Positions 13,517-26,000 of a DNA stretch of 64,000 bases are shown here, piece by piece (the first letter of the stretch is position 1; each line of letters starts with the position of its first letter). This stretch comes from Eledone cirrhosa (Eukaryota): assembly GCA_964016885.1 (NCBI GenBank), contig OZ024751.1, positions 10,354,001 to 10,418,000 of the forward strand, written 5' to 3'. The position numbers were made by a program, and so were the translations under genes. Under the pieces are notes generated by a model. That model was not told the DNA's origin. It did not search any database and was given only the letters and a program-made list of their open reading frames with translations.

Positions 13517-16500
13517 CTGAAAAAAAATGAATACAGAATACACACATCTACATATTAGTATATAAATATATATTAATAATAACTTTACCAGTTTCACAGT
13601 TGGACGATTTTCAAAAGTTAAGAGGGATGGAGTGATGTGTCCACACCTCGAAACCAATTGCAATTACATAACAGTATCTACTATTACGTAAGCATGTGGC
13701 TTGACTCCAATACAATTAACTCATCAGATACTTGCCTGAACACTAATAGTTCACTGCCAATATCTAGACTGTACAAGGATGCCTCATAGTGCACAGTAGA
13801 TTATAAAGTATTTTAAGGGTTCTTTTTTTTATATCTTAGAGAAAATATTTACCCGCAGATGTAACGCATTGTCTCTCCCTTATGTCTGTCATAATAATAT
13901 TCCATCTTGCTCTGCATAAGCTCTTTACAAAGACTGTAGGTAACATTGGCACTGTGACTACTCCAGCATTGACGATAATTGGTCATATCTAAATAAAATA
14001 TATCATAAATGAAGATAAAACTGTTTGGTCTTAGTCAGGTTGCTGGTCATAGTTAGATTGTTGGTCATATCTAGATAAAACTGTTTGGTCTTAGTCAGAT
14101 CGTTGGTCATATATAGATAAGATATATCAAAAATGAAGGTAAAAATGTTTGGTTATAGTCAGATAGTTGGTCATATCTTGATAAAATGTTTGGTCATAGT
14201 CAGATAGTTGGTCATATCTAGATAAATCTCTTTGGTCATAGTCAGATAGTTGGTCATATCTAGATAAAACACTTTGATCATAATCAGATAGTTGGTCATA
14301 TCTAGATAAAACGCTTTGGTCATAATCAGATAGTTGGTCATATCTTGATAAAAATGTTTGATCATAGTCAGATTGTTGGTCATATCTAGATAAAATATAT
14401 CAGACATAAAGATGAAAATGTTTGGTCACAGTATTGATTAAAGGAACTGTAGACAGTCAAATAATTAATTGTATTATATTGTCCAAGTAATTGTCATTTT
14501 TAACTACGTGAAGAAGAAGAAGAAGAAGAAGAAGAAGAAGAAGAAGAAGAAGAAGAAGAAGAAGAAGAAGAAGAAGAAGAAGAAGAAGAAGAAGAAGAAG
14601 AAGAAGAAGAAGAAGATAATGACAATGAAGACACTTTCCTTACCTTCCAAGATTTCTGGTTTACAAAGATGAGTAAAGGACTGTACAAATGTCTCAAAAG
14701 GATATTGGAATCTGGTTTTACAGGAAGCTGTCTCTCTGTTTATACAGGGGAATATCTTCTGTTGCATAGTTCTACATGTTGAAAGGAAGACAAGAACAAA
14801 AAACATGAAAGAAAATTCTACATATTTATCTTAACAATGTTGTAATGATATTGTTGTTGTTGTATTGGCATCATTGACATTGTTGTTTCCCTCCCCTCTG
14901 TGATATAACCCCTCCCACTGCACCATCTAAGCTGTAACTCTCCTCCTTCATCACCTCTCACTAAAACTTCTATGATATAGCCCTTCCCACTGAATCTACT
15001 AAGCTGTAGCTATTTTCCTTCACCTCTCACTAAAACCTCAGTGGTATAACCCCCTCTGTGGTATAACCCCTCTATAGTATAACCCCTCTATGGTATAACC
15101 CCTCTGACTAAATCTGCTAAGCTGTAACTCTCCTCTTCTCACTAAAACCTATATTTATAACCCCCCCCCCCCCCCCCCCCACACACTAAATCTTCTAAGC
15201 TGAAACTCTCCTCTTTATCTCCACTTCTCACTGAAACCTCCCCTTCCTCCAACTGAACCTTCTGTGTAACTCTCCTTCATCTCTACCTCTCATTAAAACC
15301 TCTGTGATATAACCCCTCCCACTAAAGCTGCTAAGCTGTAACTCATCTTCATCTCCACCTCTCATTAAAACCCTCACAATATAACCTAACCGATCTCTTG
15401 AAAATCTCCAAATTATAGATGCAATAGTAACTTACCCACACATATTCCTCAATGTATCATAATCAGAGAACATCCTGAATTCATTGTCTTTGAATGAACT
15501 AAACCAACTTTGGAATGGTTGAATACAAGTCATTGCTTTGTGGTGGTCACAGTAAGTAGTTTCACTTTTAACAGAAACTGACTCAACTTCTGGTGCAGGC
15601 ACTGACAAATATAAAACGGGGTGAAAGTATTAACCCATTAGCATTTAAACCAGCCGTATCCGGCCTGAACTCTCTCACCTCTTTCTGTTCAAACCGGCTG
15701 TAACTGGCTGCTCATACTACATTAACTCTTTAGCATTTACATTACTCTATATTTACTATTGTATTTTCACGGTAAAGGTTTTACCTCACATAATTATCAC
15801 ACATAATATCAAATCTATGAGATTTTGATATTATATATTTTGAGAACAATACCTTAACATCAGTATGAGCAGCCAGTTACAACCATTTGAACAGAAAGAG
15901 GTGAGAGAATTCTAGTCAGATATGGCTGGGTTTAAATTCTAAAGGGTTAAGGTATTTTTCTCAAAATAAATAATATCAAAATCTCATAGATTTGATATTA
16001 TGTGAGATAATTATGTGAGGTAAATATAATAGTAAATATAGAGTAATGTAAATGCTAAAGGGTTAAATATATTTTGGATGAGAGAATCAACCATTCAGTA
16101 TTGCATTAGGGTCAGAACTGGGAGGGGCCATAGGCACAGGGCCGAGAGTTGTAGAAATGTTTTGGGGGTGTTCTGAATTTTTGGGAACTTTATACTATAT
16201 TTGTTACTTTTATATATGCTTTTATATAATTTATATATTCAGATCATCATCATATCTTGTCGCGCCAGTGCCGTATCCATTGAAGTGCAGCGTCGTTTGC
16301 TTCCATCAGGTCTTGGTCGGAGCATGTGGGTCCCAGTGAGTACCCATGGAGGATGTGGGCTATGGTCTGGGATGTCTCACTGCAGGGGCACTCAGCGCAG
16401 GTGGCCAATCCCCACTTGTGGAGGTTGTCTCCAGTTTTGCCCGTTTTGGCTCTGGCCCTATTTAGGGTTACCCAGTCCTTTCTACTAAGAGAATATTGTT

Positions 16501-17482
16501 CCCCAGTATGGGCAAGGTCGTGCCATGCAAACAGAGTTGACCTAGAGTTGAACAAATCATGCCAGGTGATCACCGGAACATTAAAAGCAACTCCTCTTCC
16601 AGCTGTATACACTCTTGCCGGTATTCCACCCGCCGCCCCACATACTACGAGAGGTCAACGCAAAAACTGAATGGTACAAACAACAACACGATCCCAGGCA
16701 TCCACTCTGTGGCCACCAGGAAATAAGAAGACGATTAAAGTCTCGAAAAATCTTCTTAACCGTGGATAGCCTGGAGCATGCACAATCGGCGGCTTACAGG
16801 CTGGAAAAGTGGGGGGGAGAGTGAGCGCCGCCCACCCAACGCAGCCTTACCGAGCCCAAATATATTCAGATTATATGTAGTGTGAAAAGTACATATATAT
16901 ATGTGTGTGCGTATATATATATATATGTGTGTGTGTGTATGTGCGTGTGTGTGTGTGTGTGTGTGTGTGGTTGAAATGAACAAACAAAACACAGGAGGCA
17001 ATTGTACAGAGTTATATTAGGTTCATGCTTGGTGGAAGTTGAGGAGGTTTCAACGTTTCGGACTTAGGTCCTTCATCAGAAAAGTTTGGATAGGGGGAGA
17101 ACAGGAACTCCAAGAGGGTTTTAAGGAGGGAAGTTACAAAGTAAAGAACACAAAGTGAAGAGAAAAATAGAAATAAAAATAAATATAAATGACGAAATTT
17201 AAAAAAAATTAATATATATATATAATAAATAAATAAGAGAGACAGTTTTATTCATACATCTTCATTTTATTACATAATTCCATTATACGCATTTCAAAGA
17301 TGCCAGAGTGGTTATATAATAACCCCCTGGCATGTCTTCATCAGATGGAGTAAGATGTATTTTCCTATCCATTGATACGTTACTGGTTTCTCGTGGTGTT
17401 TACATCGCTGGTCAGTACCCATCAGCAACTGAATAATATATATATATACACACATATATATATACATATATATATACATATA

Positions 17483-17528
<46 letters not shown>

Positions 17529-17698
17529 ATATATATTATATATATATATATATATTATATATATATATATATATTATATATATATATATATATAATATAT
17601 ATGATATATATAATATATATATAATATATATATATATGATATATATATAATATATATATATATATATGATATATATATAATATATATATATATATAAT

Positions 17699-17745
<47 letters not shown>

Positions 17746-20700
17746 TTTATACATATATATACATACATATATATATACACACACATATATATATACATAT
17801 ACATATATATATATATATATGTATGTATGTATATATGTATATCAAGAATACAAGAAACAAAGAAACAAGAGGATGCATTAACACATAATCTTATTAGTAT
17901 CACACTTAAAGAGAGTTTAATGATCAATGTATTGGGCATTTTCCCTCATCATATATATATATATATACACATATACACCCACTCTTATCTTTCTCTGTCC
18001 TTCTCCTTATACCTTCTCTACCCCCATATATGGTAAACATCAAAACCTTCAACTGTAACAATGGTCAAAGAATAATTGTTCCACATCACAGTACATGGAT
18101 TGATAGTGTGAAACTCTTTAGCTTTACCCCCCTCTTCACTCTTCTATCACACTAACTGACTGTATTTCATGCTATTTTTAACTTATTTACATTTTCTTCA
18201 ACAAAAATCTCTTTATTGAATTCTACTTCATGGTAATCAGTTGAATTCTACAAATATAGGCTTTTTGATGAAGTGTAATAAACAATTAAGTATATATTGT
18301 AGTCAGCATATGTAGACAATTTATAATAGATACAGAAACATATGTCAAAGCAAATAAATTCATAATCTCTTCAGGCCGATGTTTTATTTTTCTTGTTGCA
18401 ATACTTGCTTATATATATATATATATAGTTCTTTGATTCTTATAATTCATATAACTGCTCTGTAAATCATCTGATGTTTTTACATTGAGTTATTTAGCTT
18501 ACTGGTAATAAGGTAGTAATATATTACTGCCTACCACTATTTAGGGTTTATATAAAAATATATATAACTGCAAAAAGTTTTTGTATTTGCATAACCATAA
18601 ATAGTATAATTAATACTATATATATATATATATATATACATATATCTATAATATATGTGTGTGTGTGTGTGGAAAGAACTTTGTACAAAGAAATCCAGTG
18701 TATTGTATGGATGTAAATACACAGAACATTTAAATAATGGTTTCTGATTGAGGCACAAGGCCAACAATTTGGGGGAGAGGAAGTCAATTAAATTTACATT
18801 AGTGTGTTACTGGTACTTTATTTTATCGACCCCGTAAGGAAGAAAGGCAAAGCTAACCTCGGCAGGATTTGAACTCAGATCATAAAGGGCCATAACTCTA
18901 TGCTGCAAAGCATGGCATCTGACTCTACCGATACTGCCAATTCACCGCCCTCACCATTTAAATAATAAATGCAGTTCTTCATAATTTCTGTACTCATTAC
19001 TTCCAAATAAGTAAATGTATTTCTACAAACCATGACTTCCCATGGGCACAGACTCAAACATACATCTAGTAGGCACCTCTTAACCACTATACCCCTACCC
19101 ACCCACTCTTGTCCACACCACCCTTACATTATAAACAAAATATATCCAACCCACACTGTAAAGTGGCCATGTGGGTGTCACAACAAAAAACACACAGCCC
19201 ACACTGTAAGGTGGTCATGTAGGTGTCACAACAAAAAGCACACAGCCTACACTGTACAGTGGTTGTTTAGGAGTCCCGACAAAAAGCACCCAGCCCACAC
19301 TGTTAAGTGGTAGTGTAGGAGTCAAGACAAAAAGCACCCAGCCCACACTGTAAGGTGGTCATGTAGATGTCACAACAAAAAGCACCCAGCCCACACTGTT
19401 AAGTGGTTGTGTAGGAGTCCCGACAAAAAGCACCCAGCCCACACTGTTAAGTGGACGTGTAGGTGTCACAACAAAAAACACCAGCCCACACTGTAAAGTG
19501 GTCATGTAGATGTCACAACAAAAAGCACCCAGCCCACACTGTTAAGTGGTTGTGTAGGTGTCACAACAAAAAACACCCAGCCCACACTGTTAAGTGGTTG
19601 TGTAGGTGTCACAACAAAAAACACCCAGCCCACACTGTTAAGTGGTCATGTAGATGTCACAACAAAAAGCACCCAGCCCACACTGTAAGGTGGTCATGTA
19701 GATGTCACAACAAAAAGCACCCAGCCCACACTGTAAGGTGGTCATGTAGGAGTCATGACTAAAAGCACCCAACCTACACTGTACAGTGGTCGTGTAGGAG
19801 TCATGACTAAAAGCACCCAGCCCACACTGTAAATGTGGTTGGTATTAGAAAGGACATCCAGCTGTTGCAATCTAGCCAGAAATGGTTCTATATGAGCAAG
19901 ACATGGTCACCTGATCCAATTTGCTTCAAATGGGACAACCCTTCTAACCCATGCTGGTGTGGAAAATGGACGTTAAACAATGATGATGATGAAAAGGTAA
20001 AATTGTTTGTATAAATTGAATCCTAGACATACCTGGTGATTCAGCTGACATGTCACAATTCATGAAAAGACGACCAAATTGGTAAATCATATTGTTAAGA
20101 TTAAACATAAAGTTATCAGATTCTTTGTTGCAGACTTTCTTCATTTCATGAGAACAGTCCTTCATCTTTGCCATTCCTCTGGAAATAAAAGAAACAAAAT
20201 TCAAAGTTTTTGGTTTAACCCTTTAGCATTTAAACAGGCCATATCCAGCCAGAATTTTCTAACCTCTTTCTGTTGAAACTGGCCATAACCAGCTGCTTAT
20301 ACTTATGTTAAGGTATTGTTCTTAAAATACATATCAAAATCTCATGGCTTCGATATTATGTGAGATAAAGACTTTACCATGAAAATACAAGAGTAAATAT
20401 AGAGTAATATAAATGCTAAAGGGTTATTTGGATTAAAAGAAATAATGGTTTCTGAAGGGGGAGTTGATTAAATCGACCCCAGTGCCTTACTGGTACTTTA
20501 TTTTATCAACCCCATAAGGATGAAAGGCAAAGCTAACCTTGGCGGGATTTGAACTCAGAACGTAAATGGCCATAACTCTATGACACAAAGCATAGTGTCT
20601 GACGCTCTACAGATACTGCCAAAATAAATAACTGTTTCTACTTTATGGCACAAGGCCAGCAATTTGCTCTACCAATCTACCAATAATGAAAAGTGTAAAT

Positions 20701-21935
20701 ATTTATTAATTATTATTATCCATCATACATCCCTTTATATTCTGAATTTAAATCTCGTCCTTATGGGATCAATAACATAAAGCACCAGTAACGCACTCGA
20801 CTCAATGTAATCAACTTTCCCCAACCCACAAACTATTGGCCTTGTGCCTAAGTTAGAAATAATTATTAATGCTTAACTTAGGGCGATGGATTGGCAGTAT
20901 CAGTAGAGCATCAGACACCATGCTTTGCGGCATAGAATTATGGCCCTTTACGTTCTAAGTTCAAATCCTGCTGAAGTTAACTCTGCCTTTCATCTTTACG
21001 GAGTCAATAAAATAAAGTACCAGTAATGCACTGCAGTAATTGCTGGCCTTGTGCCAAAAGTAGAAACAATTATTAATGCTTAACTTAAATGGTAAAAAAC
21101 AAAAACAGAAGTTTGCTCTCCTCTGTACGAATTTTTATATATATGTATATCTAGCTCTCTATCTCTCGCTATATATATGCTATTAATTACAACAGTAATA
21201 TGTATAGGTACTTACGTTTCATTTGGTTATTCACCCCAACTCATACAATTACAAATGTCTTCCCATCATGGAGATTTTAAAAAGTATTGGAGAGTTCTTC
21301 ACTTACATTACTTAAGGTATTTGTCAAATTATAGATAAGTTCAGAATTACTTACCCTTAGAAATCTTCTATACTTTCAAGAATCTGTACATGTCACTGTT
21401 GTAACTAATCATACTAAACTCATCCTATGGACTGAGTGCTCTAAGTCCTTGGATATTTATACCAAATGTATAAACACCCCAACCCACTACCCCTACTCCA
21501 TTCTCCCACTCTGACCAACACCACCCTTTCTCTGTAAAGTTATGTTGGTACTACAACATCCAGTCCAAACTAAAGATGTCGTGTAGGTGTCACGACAAAA
21601 AAACACCCAGTCCACGCTGTAATGTGGTCACATAAGAGACATGGTAAAAAGGCTCCCAGTCCACACTGTAAATGTGGTTGGTGTTAGGAAGGGCATCCAG
21701 CCATAGAAAACTTGCCAGATACAGTCCTATATGAGCGAGACACGGTCACCCGATCAATCTTGCTTCAAGTGGGACAATTCCTGCCTAACCCATGCTAGCG
21801 TGGAAGATAGACGTTAAACGATGATGATGATGATGAGGATATATATCAATAAGCATGTACATATGCACACGTGTGTATGTATATGTGTATGTGTATTTAT
21901 ATATATATATTTATCTCTCTATATATATGTTATAT

Positions 21936-21973
<38 letters not shown>

Positions 21974-23040
21974 GAATAAGGTTAGTGTACTCTATAGATT
22001 TGCCTCTATGCCACTAAGAAAAAGGCACTACTGTATCCACAGAATAATCTAGATTTCAAGAATCAGAAATATTCCAGAGATTATTAATTTCAACTTGAGA
22101 ATCTGTAGACAGTGGAGTCACCAACTACTTTTCATATAATTAAGACATGTTTTTAATTGGATTCAGTCATTAGACTGTAACCATGTCAGACCTGTCAACT
22201 CTTCCCATTTGACAGGGACATCTCCCATGCACTTTGGAGTGGGTGAGAGATGTCTTCTCTTCTGAAAATGGGTATGGATTTCATTATGTAAAACCTCCCC
22301 ATTTTGCCTCATTTCTCCCTGTTTCAGGGCACTTTTTTTCATGGTACTCCCCGTTTGTGTTTTTAGAGGGTTGGCAGATCTCCCATTTTGCAGCACTACC
22401 TTCAAAGGTTTTAGTCAATCATATCAACCCCAATATTTATTTAAATTATTAATTTCATTGATCTATTTTATCAGACAGTTAAGCTGGTTGTTTAACACAA
22501 TGCCAGTTATTTTCTTTGTTCTGTTTTTTTTTTTAATTGGTTGTGTAAAGAATTTGATTGAAAAGTAAAAAATGTGGTGGGAAAACATTATTGAAATTGC
22601 TGACAATTTTTATGATAAATATTTTAGTGAATAAATAATTATTAAAGAAAAGATGAGATAGGTAAAAATGGAATCATTAACTTTAGAGTCAAAATAAAAA
22701 AATATCAAAATATCTCATCAGATGCATTGGTTTCATTGAGAAAGTGGGCATATGAAAATTTGACATACACCCACTGCCACCACCATATATATATGTAGAA
22801 GTTATATTTAATTTGTTGGGATACAACAAGCAAATATTTTTATAACTGATATAAAGCACTCACTATCCGGGAGCTTCCAACCAACATGGTCGCATTCTTT
22901 AAGGGTATGTCAATATTTGTTTATAAAACTGATCTATATTATATTTTATCTGATCAAAGCGCACCATAATTTGCTTTGGTGTCCTTGAAATATGTATAAT
23001 GAAATAAATATGGTTTTATAAATATAGTTTCCATTTGTTA

Positions 23041-23096
<56 letters not shown>

Positions 23097-26000
23097 TAAC
23101 AGATTAAATATTTGCTCTAGGGTTCTTATATACTTGATATATATTTATCCTTATCGAGCCCTCTTTGGATTTTAGTCTTCAAATTTATTATTATTACTAT
23201 ATATATACTGTATATATATGTATATATATATATACACACATACAAAATGGCTGACAGAAAATATGTATATTTTCTCCAACATTTATTCTCATTTTTCCTG
23301 TCCCTTCCTCTTCTCACTCTTTATCTTTCTATTTTATCTTTTATTTCTAACTCTATCTTCTGATGAAGGACTAGTATCTGAAACATTAAGACTCTTTCCC
23401 TGCTATTTCAAATGTTAAACTAATATATTTCTTCAATGTACTGTGTTACTTCCATTCTTATTTCTGTTTACCGTTTACATACATACATATTTATATAGTT
23501 AGGTTTAAGGTTGGGGTTGGGTTTGAGGTTAAAATTTGAGTTAGGGTTAGGGTTAGGGCTGGATTTAGGGCTGGATTTAGGGCTCATTAAGATTACCATC
23601 CACACATTAACCAGTGAATCTGATGAAATATTTTGTTTCTCTTATTTCGAACCACACAGTGATAACCAATAAGAGACACTTACTTGCAGATGGATGTACG
23701 GTATCTTATGTCATAGTTATAAAAAGCCCAATACTCTGGTCTACGTTCACCGGAACCATAGTAATTGTAACCATAGTTACGGCCATCAAACTCATAGTCT
23801 CGGTCATAAAACCTGTTGCGGTCATAATAATTATTACGATAGTGATTATTATAGAAAGGTGTATTTTCATAATTATCCCAGTCCCTGTCTTGGATGTCGG
23901 GGTTTACTTTGTCAGCTTCTGGCTGGGGCTGTTTCGCTTCAGGTTCTTCACGGGTTTCTCGGTTCAGTCTTTCAAAGTTTTGGTTATAGTAATCATTAGT
24001 GAAATAGTCTGACCTTTGATTGTGGTCTTTCTGCCAACCGTCCCGATTGTATTTCCTGTCGTAGTAATTACCATCATTGCCATCGTAATCGTTGTCATAG
24101 CGACGGCCATTGTTATCATATTCACGACGGTTGTTGTCGTAAGGGTTGTACTTGCGATTCCTGTCGTATTTATTAGACCAGTACCTGTAGTCATAGTCGG
24201 AGTTGCGATTACCATTGTTGCCATTACCAAAGTTGTGCATCCAATCATGCATATTAACATCATCATCGTTATCATGACTTTCGTTTTTAACATCATCTTT
24301 TTTGGCTGCTGATGTGACAATCTCCGTTTTAGCAGCAGCAGCAGCAGCAGCAGCAGTTGAATCAGATTGAATTCCAGCAACATCCTCTGTGAAGAAAGGT
24401 GCATCAGGATGGGAAACTTGGTCAGCCTGGTCAGGTTGGTCACCTTGTCTGTTTGGATCATCGTTGTAATAACCGTGCTGCCAATTGTAGGAATTTGGAT
24501 AATGATGGTAGAAGTCTCTGTTGATGTATTCGTACTCATGCTCAAAGAAGTTTCTGTTATTCAAGTCTGCTGTTGTGTAACAGTGCCTTATTTTCTCTTG
24601 GACGTTCTTCCTGTTTGATTGGAAACATTTCTGGAATTTCTGATAATCTATAAAGTTTGGAGACGGAGGAGTGGAGTGAGAGGTAAAAGAAGAGAGAGAG
24701 AGAGAGAAAGAAAAAGGAAAAAGAAAACAAAGAAAACATATATAAAATAACAACAAAAACAACAGCAGCCACAAAAACAAAAATAACCACCACAACAACA
24801 ACTACAATCATAACAAGCACAACAATAACCACAACAACAACAACAGCACCACAAAAACAACAATAACCACCACCAAAACAACTCTAACAACAGCCACAAC
24901 AATGACAATAACCTCCACATCAACCTCAACAACAACAACAACAACAACAACTCCTACAACCATCATATCAACAACAACAACAGAGAAAAAATTAAACACA
25001 TTATGTAAAATATGTGCAAAAATAAACAAATATATTTATCCCTTTCAATACCAAACCACTTGAAACTCCTTTGATTTTATAATACAAAACTGCTTAGTTT
25101 ACCTTTCATAACTGCATTTCTAATGAAATACATTCTATTTTAATTAATTAATGAAGAATTTTAAGGGATTTACTAAAATTATTAATTATTTCATTACTAA
25201 GATAGTAACTTAAAGTCAGGTTCTTATATAAAATTATATTGGAAGATTTTAATTTAAATTGGAAACCTTTAAAATAGGTGATTTTATTTCATAAAACCAG
25301 AGATGATTTTGGCCAAGTTGGCAACTAAAAGGTTAAAGTATTTATAATTATCTAAATTTCTCCATCATAATTCTATGTATGTACCTTCGTTAAGTTATGT
25401 TCCAAACACCCGCTTAAGGTTAGTTACTGTGATACAAAACTGCTTATTTCATAAAGTATTTATAATTATCTAAATTTCTCCATTATAATTTGATGTATGT
25501 ACCTTTGTTAAGTTATGTTCCAAACTCCAGCTTAATGATGAGAAAGTTAGTTACCGTATATACTTGAATATAAACTGATACAAATATAAGCCAACCGCAC
25601 TATTTTATGTCTGAGAAATTAGCAAAAGTCCAAACTGTATTTACGTAGAGTTTGAAGTTGATGAAAATCAACAAAATATATCATTGATTTTTTGGTCACA
25701 TATTCCTTGGCTTATATTCGAGTATAGACAGTATTTTACTAAATGCCTCCAAATCATTGGTAATGAAGGGTTAAATAAGAGTTAAAATTAAGTTTTCATT
25801 AATTGAAGAACTTCAATTAATGAAAACTCAATGTGGCTTTCTTTTTAGAGGACAAAGGAAGAATGTTTTCTCTTTCAGTTCTTCATATTCCATATTTTGC
25901 AATAAAAGACGACCCCCCCCCCCCCCCGCTTCTGTCATCAATTTTTAGTCCTATATTCTTTGGCTTATATTTGTGTATAGACAGTATTTTACTAAATGCC

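Noticed and set aside
14171-14407. 78-aa ORF of DMTNYL repeats as an extra coding exon
   Set aside because: It ends in a stop before reaching exon 8; it is the acceptor-derived minisatellite.
23680-24801. 373-aa ORF read as a single-exon gene with a hydrophobic N-terminus, or as a reflectin
   Set aside because: The hydrophobic 'leader' is translated (GTT)n and polypyrimidine intron; real boundaries are 24647/23684. Reflectin motifs and Met-richness are absent.
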